From: the human T2T-CHM13v2.0 reference genome, Homo sapiens
Reading direction: 5' to 3' (one strand)
DNA length: 64,000 bases
Assembly (NCBI RefSeq): GCF_009914755.1
Contig: NC_060945.1
In this document: piece after piece, positions 1-14,972 of the stretch
Layout of the letters: each line of letters begins with the position of its first letter
How positions within the stretch are numbered: position 1 is the stretch's first letter
The notes under the pieces: generated by a model
Seen by the model: only the letters and a program-made list of their open reading frames with translations
What the model was told of the DNA's origin: nothing
The model's database searches: none
Position numbers and translations under genes: made by a program

Positions 1-179
1 TCTCCAGGCATCCTCAATGACTTTCTGCTGCAGCCCCACTTCTTTCTCAGCCCCACTGATTCTCAGCACAGTTTCATCTTGCTACTCAGGATTCAGTGCT
101 GTTCCCCTGCAAACGTCACTGTCGAGATGGGTTCAGATCTCTTGTCTCCTGCCTACAGAGCAAGTACACCTCAGCTGTT

Positions 180-245
180 TCCTCCTCATCCCCCTTATCC
201 TTCTCCTCCTCCTCCTCCTTCTTCTCCTCCTCCCTATCTCTCTTC
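180..245. repeat. (CTC)n / CT-rich simple repeat
   Basis: Direct reading; accounts for the poly-Leu ORF 17..319. Confidence 0.85.
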
Positions 246-1234
246 TAGGATCCTCTGAGTATAAGGTCAGGAAGTTGGCAAGAAAGTGCAAGTGCCCCCC
301 GAGTGACTGGGTGAGATGACAGTCTGCTTTGCTGTGTATTGTGGCCTCGGTGGCTGACGCTGGCCTTTGGTGCTCTTGCTAAGCTGGAAATCCAAGGGTC
401 CATCATTGGTGGACACCCATATGGTTCTTTGGAGACCGAATGGAGATCTCCAACTCCTTAGCTCCCACTATAGGAAGTCATGCCCTCAGTTTTTGCTTCA
501 TGTCTAAAAGACCCCTCTTGACTGGGTATCCACATGCCAGAACAACCTTTGGTATTCATTCAATCCACAGGGAACTCCTGGATTCTTGCAACGTCTCATG
601 AGGAGGTTCAGGCTGCTTTGGGGTGCCCAGTCTTGAAGACCTCTCACTGGTCTTCGTGGAGGAGGAGTGCTGCTTTACCCCACTTTTCCTCTACTCCGAG
701 GAGAGCTGTGGGGAGCAGCAGACAGAGCAGTAGGGTGGGGCTAGTGGTATCTCAGGAGGGAGAGAGGCTTATGGGGGAATCTTCTGATTGGCTACAGGGA
801 CTCATTCTTCCAAGGACCCCATGGCTTCTAACTTCCTCATCAGGCTTGAATTGAAACACACCAGCTACCTAAATTTCCTGTCCAGAGAAATCCAATAAGG
901 CTGAAAAGACTGATGTTTTTCTCCTTTTACAGAAGAGAAAACATCCCAGCCTATGTTGCCCCTCCATTTCACATTTCTTCCTCACACACGTGGTTCTTGA
1001 GCATCTAGGTCTTTCCTCCATCATCCAAATCAGTCCTTTTAATACTGAGATAACTATGTCCTCGAAGGCTCCTATGGTTACCTTGGCCTTATCTTTCTTC
1101 CTGAATGCATAATTCAGCACTAAATTTAATCAGTTTTGTCTTATTATGTATGCGAAGTCTACTCATCTCACTTCTCTAATCAGATGATACAGTTTTAAAA
1201 GTGGGAATCATATTTTCCAGGACTTATAGTTGCC

Positions 1235-1328
1235 TCTTTATTGAGTAGGAAATGCTGAACATTTGATAGAGTGTTCTTTATTGAGTAGAAGATGCTCTTT
1301 ATTGAGTAGAAAATGCTGAACATTTGAT
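1235..1328. repeat. Local imperfect triplication of tttattgagtag(...aatgctgaacatttgat)
   Basis: Three copies of the core; two carry the 3' extension. Confidence 0.8.
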
Positions 1329-4300
1329 TGGGAGGGGCAGCTCAAACTAGTGGTAGAAGTTTGAGTTATTCTGATCTTTCTCTGAGTCCTTCTTTATTGG
1401 GAAACTGTGATGTGCTTGAAAAGATCCATAATTGATAGATGCTCCCCTTTTCCCTTATTTAATTTTATGTACAAATGTATGACCTTGGGCAGACTCAACC
1501 AAGTGGGGGCCCCATTCACAGGCTCTGATGGAGGAGACATCCCAGTTCCACCTATTCTGAGATCCAGAACCTTAACACCGGATGGTGGGTGACCTCTCCT
1601 GTTCAGCTTCCTTCCCAGTCTCCCTAGAAGGGGCCTCTCCATGGTGCCTTACAGAGGTAACCAAGGAAAAACTTGGGAAGAATCAAAATCATGCTAGGGA
1701 AGATGTATACACAGCTGGCTAGGCAGGAGACTTTGACTATAATATGTGCTTAAGAAACCAATATTCCTATGTACCCTAGAATAGCCTGGTTCTGGTACTG
1801 AGTGCAAATCCATTTCCCCCTGAGAGTTGGGGCCACTGAAGAGACCCTGTCTCTGCCCTCTTCTTTCCACTGGTGTGGTTCTGCGGCGTCCTTTTCTTTC
1901 TGGCCATTCACTGACTGCACTGGATGGACAACCACTTGTGTTCTGGCTGATTTAAAAACGGTAAGCCAGTCTCCAGCAATTATTCCTCAAAGTACTGACT
2001 CTGAAATATAGAAAGCTGTTCATGAATTGTACTCCTAGCTTCATTTGTGCTAAGACAGAGGTCCCTTAAAGTAACTCAGAGGTGCCGTTTTCTTCCAATG
2101 TGAGTTCCGCATAAGTCTCACTGCCACTCCTGACCTCTCCTCCCCAGGAATGGTTCTTGTTTCCTCCTGGTTATTTCAGTGGCTGGGTTGGTTCTAGAAT
2201 CCATTCTGGTTTTTGAGTGGACGAAAGCAGAAACTGGAGTCAGTGAGACATGGGTTCTGACCTCCACTTGGCTGCCCATTGGAGGTATGTGACTTTGGCT
2301 GACTCACCTGCACTCGCAGTATCTTCATGATGACTTCTGCCTCTGATCTTTTTCATTTGTAGAGAGCAGAATATGGATGTTAAACTATCAAAGGTCCCGT
2401 GCTTGCAGCAGCCCAAGAATGGGGTTGAGGACACAGACTGCTGTTGCTGCCAAAGGGCTTTGTGTCCACTTATGGTGGCTTACATTTGTATAACACACCA
2501 AAAATCATGTTGCTTCAGATGCAAATATCCAAATAGTGATGCCAATGATGAGGAAGCCTGACATCTGATCATACAGTATATTTATATCTACCATGAACTG
2601 GGTTGTTTTTTATTTTACTTTTTTTTTTTTGAGAGAATGTCATAATGTTTCCATGAAGGCATTCTGGTTGACATCTATGAACTTATAATGCCCCCTCACT
2701 TGAGTCTGAGGAAGGAACAAGGATGCGGGATCCTGGCGAGCCCTCCTTAAATTCAAGAGGCCAGGAGCCCTGCCTCCGGCGAATCTGGTATGGTGTACAA
2801 AGGTAGTATCTTGAATGCAGAGGACAAAGAGGAGTGGTTAGGAGAAGAAGCAGAAGGCATGCCAGCTTTGTAAGAGATAGTAATCAACCCAAGACCCAAG
2901 ATAAACAGGAAAAAAAAAAGTAAAAATGTTTTTAAAAATTCTCATTAAGCTGAACGCATTTGGGTCAAGTAAGTCTAAGTCTTTCACAAATTGTTCATTT
3001 GGGCCTAAACCCAAGAGCACCCTTTGGCTGAAAATATCAACTTGAAGAGTTACTTGAAAATTATGAAACATTAGCAGTGAAACTTAATTAAAAATAGCCA
3101 TTGCTTACCATGTGAGAGGACTTCCTGCTTAATGGGGACACGGTAGAGGATGTTTAAATTGTTTACAGCATAAAATTTGCTTTCATCCTAATGAGAAAAC
3201 TCAAAAACATTCAGAAAAGTAACTAAAAAAGAAAAAGACTTAATGGTCTTACAGGGCTTGGGCCCATGAATAGCCTCTTCTGCAAGGAGCAACTGGTCAC
3301 CCCAAGAAGCAATAAACCCTCCTGAAGTGACAAGAGGGGCAGCATTTCCAACGTTTATCAGCCTGAAATTTTTGTTAGTATGAATGTCCTTTCTGTTAAC
3401 CCTCGGGCTCTCTGTTAAGCAGGTGTCTTTTTTTTGTTGTTGTTTTGTTTATCAAGCTGTTGATTCTCTTTGAGGCTGAGGAGGTTCCCATGAGTTTGTA
3501 ACTCGACCTGACCCCAGCGTGTTAATTCCTACAATCCAGACCCTGGGAAATGCTCCCTCATTAAACAAGACCCTGCTAACTCCTAAGGGCCCTACACAGC
3601 AGCACAGCGTATTTTAGATAAGTTAACCCTTGCTTTGCCATGGATCCGAGAGCACAGCTTCTCATCTGCCGAAGGTGCAGGCTGGGTGCTCAAAGCCTTG
3701 CCTGGTCAGCCCTGGGAAACGCGTGGTGATGGAATCCAAGCCATGGAGCCCCACGCCTGGCTCAGCCACCCATGAGTAGCATGGGGGAAGTTATTACAGC
3801 TCTCCAGCTCTGTGCCACTGTTTCGGCATCTGTAAAATGAAGATTGCTGTTTCATAAGGATATTGGGAAGATCACATGAGATAATGCCTGGGAAGGGCTT
3901 TCTAGGTTCCTGGCATGTGATAAGGACTCAATCAATGTGCAGTTGCTGTTTCATCACTGTTTTCATTCCACAAAACTGTATTGAGCCCCCACTGTTTACC
4001 AGGCACTGGGCTAGACCAGTGGGGGGTGCCAAGATGAATAGATGAACCCATTGGACCCAGAAGCTCCATCTGGTAAGAGGAGAGACAAGTAGAGTAGTCA
4101 GAGAGCTCAGGGTGACCCTGGCTTTGATGGAGGTTTCCCGGGGTATTCAGGAGCATCTGTCCCAGATGTGGGCTCACGGGGTGACACCTGAAGGGACATT
4201 CTGAAGACTGGGTAGGAGTTAGGCATGGCAAAGTGTTCCCAATAAAGAGAAGCCCTCGAGCAAAAGCTCAGAGGCATGGAGAGCCATGGTGAGTTCTGGA

Positions 4301-4764
4301 GTTACTGCTGCAAGGAGCTGGGGAGTTGAGTCTGTGTAGTATGTAGAGCGAGACCAGGGGACCCTGAGTGTCATGTCCTGGGGCAACAGGAAGTCACCAA
4401 AAATGTCAGTGGAGGACTTATGTCATCAGATTCCCATTTCGGGAGAATGGAGTTTTCAGGAATATGAAGGAGGGGATGGAGGGAGAAGGACTGGAGTCCA
4501 AGTGCCTGGTTGGGAGAACACTGCATTGAGAGAAGGAGCACCTGGCCCCAGCAACGGCTGCAGAGATGGACAAGAAAACACAGAAACAAGCGGCGGTTGA
4601 GACACAGAGTAGACAGCATTGGCAAGCAAGGAGCTGAGGCGTCTGGAGGGGAGAAAGGCATTGAGACATGTTAGAATCTGGCAGGTGGTACAAGGTGAAG
4701 CCTTCTCACCTTGCAAGAGCAGCCCCTGAGACAGTGATAAGGAGTTCTGGGTGCTTCATACTCC

Positions 4765-4915
4765 AGCTTTTATACTTCATAAGTCCATGACCTTGGGCAA
4801 GTGGTTATTTGCAAGTCTTAGATTCCTCACTTGTAAAATGGGGGTAGTAACACCTTCCATGGGGGCTGTGGTGCACATCAAACAAAGGACTGTGTGCACT
4901 GAACACAGAGCCTGG
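4765..4915 (+). mobile_element. MIR SINE
   Basis: tgaccttgggcaagt...ttcctcacttgtaaaatgggg core. Confidence 0.65.
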
Positions 4916-7900
4916 AGCCTGAGGCATGGTCAGGGGGCCCAAGTCAAAAGCTTGTCATCAGAAGAGTCATTATATCGTTTGAGGACACGAACATTGCCAG
5001 GGGCCAGTCAATATCAACTGCATGGTGATTTGAGGTTTAATCAATTGCAGTTGTGGTCTCCATAAAAATGGGTCCTTTGCTTTGCACACAGGAAAAGGAT
5101 TTGAATGAATCCCAAGTGGGTTACTATTCTGTGCAAGCTACAGAAATAGTCAGCATGCAAGTGACACAGATAAGGCACAGTCCCTTTCCCTTGGGGAGCT
5201 GAGAGCTGGTGAGTAGGCTGAGTGTCAGCAGAGAGTCTAGGTTTCAGGCTCACATCACTGCCCCTTCTACTGCCATTGTCTCAGGTGAGTTTCCCATGTT
5301 CCCTGAGTAGTGTTCTCCACCTGGAAGAGGGGGATCATCATGCTTGCTTTCTGCCTGTTGGGAGAATTAGAGGAGATACAGGGCAAGATCTGGCCTGTCC
5401 TGGTTTAATTATCATTATTAGGGGAAATAAAATGTAATCACAAATGGTTATTATCTAGCATAAAGTGAAAAGTGCCATTAGAGAAGGATCAGGAAGTTCA
5501 GAGGAGAAAGGGGTCATATTCAGCTGAGATAATCAGGAAATGGAACTTCCACTGAACGTGGAAGAAAGGCAGGGATTGTGGTGGCTTCACACGTTGACTT
5601 GGCTACGCTGGAGTTACATTTTCCAGAATTCTGCTCCCCTTGGAGGGTGGGTTGGAGGTGGGCCACAGGGCATTTGCAGGAGGTTTTGAAGGTAAAGGAG
5701 AAGCAACAGCTATGTTCCTTCAGCCCTTGGAACATAGCAACAGCTATGTTCCTCCAATGCACAGGGCTGGGCTCTGAAACTGCCTGTGCAATTTGTCCTC
5801 ACCTGTGGCTCATCTGGCTGCTCAGCCTCCAGCTCCTGCTGAATGCCCACTCTGTTCTCCAACTCCTGGGCTGCAGGCAGACTCAGCCTCATGACAAGGA
5901 AAGCCAGCTTCTCCTGCAGAACCCCCAGCCCTGTCACTGAAGTTGAGGCCTAGAAGTGTGAGAGACTAGGGTATGAGGCCTAAAGCTACAGCCCAATATT
6001 ATGTGTGTGCCTTCACATCTGGGGAACCCAGCCTAATGGCAAATTCCCCATCGCACGGTGCTCCTGCAGAGAAGGTGTCCTGGCTAAGCCGCTCTCCCTA
6101 ATACCAGAGCCAGGCACAGTACCTGCTATTGTTGGTAGGGGACTCTGTTCTCTGCAGGAACCATCTCCTCCTGCAGAAGCCAAGGGGCACCCCATTCTCT
6201 TGATACCACAGAGCCTGCCTCCCTTAGCCTTTTCTTGTTCACTCAGCTCCTGGGTGAAACCCCTGTGTGGCACTGAATGGTATATGGTGTCCTCCTCCCA
6301 ACCTGTCAATTTTACCTGTTCAGTGTTGGGGTGTCCTGTGTTTGACCAGGCTCAAAATCCTGGGCAGGGAATCCCTCCTTTGCCTACAAGGTGAAGAGGT
6401 GATGTTCAGAACACAGCCCCACGCCAGGTTCCAGTCTGTTCTCCTGGATTCTGGCTCCTGCCTGTGGCCTCACTCTCTCCCACTTCAAGTCCCTCCCCTC
6501 TTCCTCACTGCCTCCCCATGGACTTTAAATCCCAGCACCAGACACAAAGACGACAGCCTTGCAGAGACCATTTAACTAGCTTCCATCATTATGTGGCATC
6601 AAATCCCTATAATCATATCATAAGGTATCAAATCCCATATCATAAGGGATTTATTATAAGGGAATGTGACCTCACACAGGGATGGAAGCTGGTTAAACAG
6701 TCAAGGATGGAAGCCGGTTAAATAGTCTCTCTCTGTCTCTCGGTCTCTATCACTCTGATGGTTTTGTTGCTCAGATCTAACCCTGATTTTTATAGACTCT
6801 AACTGGTCAATCAGGCTGAAGGAATAACAGGATCTGAAAAATCTAAAGATGGTGTAGAAAAAGGCTGCTTCTGTGACAGGCGGGAATTTCTCAATCCACC
6901 ACCTTCGGTGTGCTAGAAATGTGACTGACTTTCTCTCCGGAGGCCCCTTTCTTGCAAGGAGCAGAAATAGAGTCTCCCTAATTCACAGGAAGCACAATGA
7001 CTATTCAGATTCCTCTCCCACCACCTTCACTTCAGAGGGGACACATTCCTTCCAGGGACTGACATGGCGGCTTCTCAGTCTCAGCAGGGGAGAGACGGGT
7101 TTTCCTTGGCCTCGGTAGGCATTGGCCTCCTCTGCAGTGAGTGTTGTCCCATTGGCACTTATTGGTTCCACTGGCCAGTCCACCCTACCCAAGGACAGTG
7201 TCCCCTCCTCCATTGTCTGCTGCCATATTTGATTCCTCTCTACTCTATTATGGGTCAGCAGGGGCGGGGGCCCACTGTGAGCCTTCCTCATGCCCTTGGC
7301 CTCAGCCTTCTGAGCAGACACCTGTTCCTACTTGTCTTGGTGCCCAGGGTAGCAGGAGGCAAAGTGCACTCAGGACCCCTTAACTCTAAGATTGTCAAAC
7401 AACGACAATCCCCTTGGGGCCAGTCATTGGGTGGGTTCATGGTTCCTTCTGAGAAACCCCATATGCACTTCATTCTTTTCATTTCCCATGCTCTCTCTTT
7501 TGGCCTGAAGAGAGTATTTTTCCTTAGAAGAAGCAAGTAGTTAAAAAATATTTTCTTCTTTTCTTTGACCTAGAGCTTAACAAAAGACAAAACTCAGATG
7601 ATGAAGTACTTAACATCTTCCTTCTTTCTTTCCTGCTGACTTGATGACTCTGCTTTGGAGCAGTGGGGGCCTCAGGGTCGCAGTGGAGAAAGCCATGGGC
7701 CAGTGGGAGGTGAAACGGAGCCAAAGGTGGGAGAGGGCTCGAGGGAAGAGGCCATGGATAAAAGGAACACCCTTTACACAGAGGTCAGGGGAAGATGGCC
7801 TTAGGAAAAGCCATTTGATTTGATATTTGAGAGATGTTTGGTGACCTTCAAGAGCATATTTTTGGGAGAATGCCAGAAAGAAAATAAGGTTGTAAAGAGT

Positions 7901-9044
7901 AAGAAGGTCAGTGAAGACTGTAAGGACAGGAAATGTGGAAAAGCTCAGTATCAGCCACTTACTTTTATGGGATCCTAGTAAATAAAGGGGGAGACAGACG
8001 ATGGAAACTTTAGGGCATAAAGGGAACATTTAGGTCCAAGCAGGGTGGAGGAAAGATATTTTTAGGGTGAGGGAGACTTGGGTATCATGGTTGACAGAAG
8101 GGAAAGAGCGAGAGTGCAGGAGAGACCAAACATGTATAGTGAAAATGCTCAACCTCTTATGGAATCTTGGCTACACTTCTGCTAGCTTGGTGACCCTGGA
8201 AAAGATAATAAACCTCTCAGAGCCTCACATTCTTAATATATGGAACTTTTAGAGATGGCAAGCCTAAGTCAAAAGCTAGTTTTGTAATGTTATACCATCA
8301 ATATAGCAACAATCATGCACAGTGTGCCTCTACTTCCATAAATATGGAACACATATATGGTGCTTACTATGTGTCAGGCCTTGTTCTCCATATTTAATGC
8401 ATATGAACTCACTGAATTGCATGCAGTTAACATCTACTAACTCAATTCTTAAAGCAACCCTAGGAGCCCAATTTTTAAATGATCCCTGTCTTACAAATGA
8501 GGCAACTGAGGAACAGAGGGGTTAAATAACTCTCCCAAGAACATAGAGAAGGCAGTTGACAGGGAAATGGGCTTGACAACCTATGCTCTTAACCACTGTA
8601 CAACACTGTCTCATGCTGAATGAGCTTTCAATATAAAAACTGATTATTGATTGATTGATTGGCTGAGCAGAGAAAGATGAAGGAAATTGGTGGTAAACAA
8701 CCACAAAGAAGGAATAAAAGTGTAGAGCAATAGACCAAGTGAAAGGGTTGACCTGTGAAGAGCAAAGAACAAGCCCAGGGGAAAATACAGAGGTGCTGGG
8801 TAACAGCAATGCTGTTTGAGCCCCTGCATCCAGCTGCTCCTGAAGCTGATAAAATCCATTTTCAGACCTTTGGTTAAGCCAACAAATTTTCTCTCTTGCT
8901 GAAACCAAGATGGGGTGGGTGTCCACTCACTTGCATCTGAAAGATGATTCACTAATATGCTCATCTATTTTGAAGTCTGGTAGCAGAGAAGAGAGGTGGC
9001 GTAGGCTAGCAATTCATGATGGTACCAGCCTCTGGCTACCTCCT

Positions 9045-9450
9045 TGTATTAGTTTCCCAGGGCTGCCGTAGGAAGTGACCCCAACTGTGTGGCTTAAATC
9101 AGCAGACATTTATTCTCTTATAGTTGTGGAGGCCAGAAGTCTGAAATCAAGGTGTCAGGTCAGCAGAGCCATGCTCCCTCCGAAGGCTGTAGGTGAGAAT
9201 AATTCCTTGTGTCTTCCTGACTTCCAAGGTTGCCATGAATCCTTGGTGTTCCTTGGCTTGCAGATGCATTGCCATCTTCCCTGCTTGTCAGTCTGTGTTT
9301 CCTTCTTCTTATAAAGACACCAGTTTTATTGAATTAGGGCCCACCCTAGTTGAAAACAACCTCGTCTTTATTTGGTGGCAACTGCGAGAGCCTATTTCCA
9401 GGTCACATTCGCAGGTACTGGAGTTAGGGCTTCAACATGTCTTTCTGGGA
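9045..9450 (-). mobile_element. MLT1 (B/C-like) MaLR LTR
   Basis: tgtattagtttcc...ggaggccagaagtctgaaatcaaggtgtc motif. Confidence 0.75.
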
Positions 9451-9810
9451 GGCTCTCATGTCTATTGTACATGGCCATGCATGGCAGAGAATCATTTTGG
9501 TGTTTTCCCCTTGTTCCCTCTATCTTCCACTGGCATTCAGGCAGCTTTCTATCTCCCAGCCCTCAAGGGAAGGAATGATCATGTCTAGGATAAAGGCCAG
9601 ATTTTTGATTTTTGAGTTCCAAAGCAGGCTCTTGAAATTCACTCTACAGATTACAGTCTAAAAACTAAAGGATATAGATGAACAAGTGCTGGAGTTTGTT
9701 GAGAGACAAAAGGATTCGTGAGTTTCAGCAAGAAAGCTCAGAGGCCTGAACACAGAAAGCATAAAATAAGCCAGAAAGCTGGGGGCACACAAAGTAAGAT
9801 GCAAATGCAG

Positions 9811-10170
9811 TGATATGGTTTGGCTCTGTCCACACCCAAGTCTCATCTTGAATTGTAGCTCCCATAATTCCCACATGTTGTGGGAGGGACCCAGTGGGAG
9901 ATAATTGAATCATGGGGGTGGGTCTTTCCTGTGCTATTCTCATGATAGTGAATAAGTCTCATGAGATCTGATGGTTTTATACAGGGGAGTTTCCCTGCAC
10001 AAGCTCTCTTCTCCTGTCTGCTGCCATATGAGACATGCCTTTCAACTTCCATCATAATTGTGAGGCCTCCCCAGCCACGTGAAATTGTTAAGTCAATTAA
10101 ACCTCTTTCTTTTGTAAATGGCCAACTCTCAGCTATGTCTTTATCAGCAGCATGAAAGAGAACTAATACA
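9811..10170 (+). mobile_element. THE1 (ERVL-MaLR) solo LTR
   Basis: TGATATGGTTTGGCT...ACTAATACA termini, ~360 bp. Confidence 0.9.
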
Positions 10171-10914
10171 CACAGCTATTTACTTGCGAAGAAAAAGGGA
10201 GTTCAACGGGCAAGGGGCTCAGAAGGCAATGAGGCCAGAACTGAGCTTGCTGGGGGGAGTCTGAGAAGAGCCCTTCCACCCACCATGATTTCTGCCTCCT
10301 CCCAGAGTGAAGACTCTAATGAGGAGGAGTCACGAAGAGAGGTTTGGGGAGCTCCATAAGGAAGCCTGCAAGCACTGCAAACCCCTTAAGATGGGACCAG
10401 AGCTCATGGCCCTGGGGTAGCTGAAACCACAGCTGGGGGAAGCAATTAGCCAGAGAGGCCACAGGGTCCTGCACATCCTAGGGAGGAGCAGGCCTCCAAA
10501 GTGGACCTTGTGCCTGGAAGGTCAGTGTGAAATTCAGGTGCCACGGCAGACACCACGGACTTCAGCAATGACTGTCAACCAAGAATTCTCAAAGACCATG
10601 AGGGGTGACTTCACTGAGGCAGAGGTAACTGCAAGAGCTGTAGGCAGCCCTTGTGCCAGGAACCCTGTCCTAAACTGCGTGTAAGTTCTCTCCCCTGCTT
10701 CCCCCAGAACGTAGAATGCTGAAAAGTTAAGGAGAACAGAAAGGACAGGAGGGAGTGCTGCATTTGGAAAAACCTGGACAAGCAGTACTCTAGTGATTGC
10801 TAGAAAGGATTGCTTCCATGTGGGTGTACTGTATTTTACACTTTCATATGCCACTAGAGTCCAGCAGAATTGTTTCCTTTACTTACTGAAGTATTACTCA
10901 ATATAATCTGGCTA

Positions 10915-11212
<298 letters not shown>

Positions 11213-13130
11213 AATAATTTGGCTCTTGCAAAAGATATAACATTTGAGAAACTCAAACTTGCTTTTATTACTTATTATTAAGTCTAATACATAAGAAATA
11301 AATGAGAGCATGTAGCAACGGCAACAAAGACTATTTAAAACCTTAAACATGTTTCTTTTAGGCTGATAACAGAACAGTTTCATTTGAAGCTTAAGATGTA
11401 AATGCTGCCATTTATACATATTGGTAGAAATCCTTTAGAAGGTGGCTTTAATTAGCTGCTCTTCTCTTCTTTTCTCCTCCTCCTCATTCTTAAATAGATG
11501 TCAATATAATTAACTTTATTAATGAAGCTGGTTAAAATGAGCTGAAGACATGGTATCAGATCGGCAAAGAACTGCACAATTAAGCATTTGAACATGAGTA
11601 AACACATGCATATATGCTGTTGGGCTAGGAATTGATTTCAGGATACACGGGCTGTCGCCCAATCAAAAGTGCCGTGGGAGTGTGCCTTATGCTGATATGT
11701 ACAAATATAACAGAATGACCCTTTTCAGCCCAAATGTTGAGACAGTGCTTGGGATGACTGAGTGGGATGTTGGCTGAGACATTCTCCATGGGCAGGTGTT
11801 ACTAAGCATGCATGGTCTTATGTAAGTAGAATAAAAGAATGGCTAACGATCATCATTAATGCTTATTGGAGAACTTGTTATGTGCCACGCACTATTCTAA
11901 GCCCTTTATATGTCTTAACTCATTTGATAACTCAAAATATCCCTAAATGGAGTGAGTTACTGTTATTTCTCATGCCTTAAAGATAAGAACATTGAGCCAT
12001 GGTTAGTACCTCGTCCACGGTCAGAAGCTTATCTGTGGTGCAGCGCGGTTCTGAACTCAACCTCTGGCTCCAGATCCCACACTCTTAAGTACTGCATTTT
12101 AAGTTCCCTTCAGGGTTGGTGCACATGGGGAAGTCAGTGAAAAAGTCTTGAGATGGTTAAAGAAAAGCAAATAAGCCGTCTTTGGGCTGTTGAGTGAAAT
12201 CTCAGGATTAACTGCTTGATGAAAAGATCCTCGTGTGATGTGTGTTCAGGGTCTCAGAGTGGCTTCCATCTGTACAACAGGAAGGCTCCAATGAAGCTCA
12301 TTCTCCCAAATTTATTGTTTTTAGTCCAAAGATAAGCTTCTGTTAACTTTGTGTGCAATGCAATTTATTTTTGGCCCTCTTTTGAAATATTGTGCTCAGC
12401 TCAAGTCAACAAGCTCTTGCCCCAGGTGTTAGAAACATGGGCCACATCCTAGCAGGAAGCTGGGAGCATGAATCAGCCACAAAGAAGGGCTTCACAAAGG
12501 AACCTTAAAAGGAGGCCAAACTCAAATTTCTGGAAATGTGTTAAAGGTTCCACATGTATTCTGAGATCTATAAATGTCTCATCTTCTATCTTTGAAAGCC
12601 CTTACTTCTAGTCCAAATGTAAATCCTCATTAGGTTATAAACCCTGAAAGGATTTTGTCATCAAAGATAGTGCTAAAATTAGATGCTTCCTGGCTGAGCC
12701 CATTCTGCTTGCTTGAAGAAGCCAAATTACTTCCCCCTCTGTGAATTCAAAGCCCTGACGGATTCGCCTCTCCCTCCAGGCTGTCAATCCAGTTGAAAAA
12801 GTCATTTGCTGAGTACCTGGGTATCAGTGTCCTCTCAGGTCGTCCTCTGCAGGGGGGCTCACAAGGGAAGATTTGAACCCAGAGCAAGCCTGTTCTGACT
12901 GCTGTGGGATGCAGAGGCAGTGGCTATCATGCTGCTTCCCACTTCCTTCCCCTTGGCTCCTGGGCAGCTGCAGAGCAGACTCAGGCTGGCTCACGTCTCC
13001 TTGAAAGCATAGCAGAGACTTTTGCATTTCAGGAAGATTTGATCTTATACTTTCTCCTTTACTTTTTGCCAAGATTTACTTGCACTATGCATTGAGAAGC
13101 TCAGATAGTATTCAGTAAGCGTCGCCCTAG

Positions 13131-13444
<314 letters not shown>

Positions 13445-14137
13445 CCTAGAGAAACTTCACGGGGGAGAATAAGGAAGGAGATACTCACATTTACAATGTC
13501 ATCTACTCTTATTCATTCATCTACTTATTTATTTATCATCAAATATTTATTGAACATTGAATGTATACTAGGCACTAGGATAGGTACAGGGATAGAATAA
13601 AAGATAAGAACTTGCATTAGGTAGAGCTCCCCAGAAATAGAACTCGAGATGTGAATTTATATGCAGTGATTTATTAAAGTGTTATCAAGATAAATCAGAA
13701 AAAGGGTAGAGGAGGAAAGGTTGGAAAAATTCAGACTGTGCTCCATCTTGAGGCCAGGAAGCTGGGTTTCCATACACCTGCAATTGTCAGTCAGTCCGAG
13801 TGCTATGGCAATGCCATCTATTGCAATACAGACTCAGGAAGAGGGGATCCAGGAGCAGTGGGGTCACATGTAGTTATGAGTGTTGATTAGATTGAGTTTG
13901 AGCTTTACATGGGATGGGCAAGCAGAGGTGTCTGGAGGCTATTGAATGTGGACTGGAAGCTCAGAAAAGTTCAGGCTGAAGATTTAAATTTAGGAATCAC
14001 CAGAATATAGACGGTAACTAAAGCTGTGATTGAAGATGAAATGCTAACATTGCCCAGGGTGAGTAATGCACAGGACTGAGGTTGCAACTCTGGGAACATA
14101 CACCTTTGAAGGTAATTTGGAGAAAGAGGACCTTGCT

Positions 14138-14777
<640 letters not shown>

Positions 14778-14799
14778 GGAAGAGAGATCTGAGGTGATG

Positions 14800-14972
14800 C
14801 TCTGTTCTATCTCAAGACCCTTCAGAGAGTCCCCACCAGCAACACAGCTCTCACTGAATATAGCCCCTTGATCTTGGACTTCTCAGACTCTATAACTTGG
14901 AGAAATAAATTCCTTTTCTTCATAAACCAGTTTCAGGTATTCTGTTATGAGCAACAGAAAATGGACTAAGAC
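14800..14972 (+). mobile_element. MST-like MaLR LTR, 3' fragment
   Basis: ttgatcttggacttc...aataaattcc...aatggactaagac. Confidence 0.65.
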
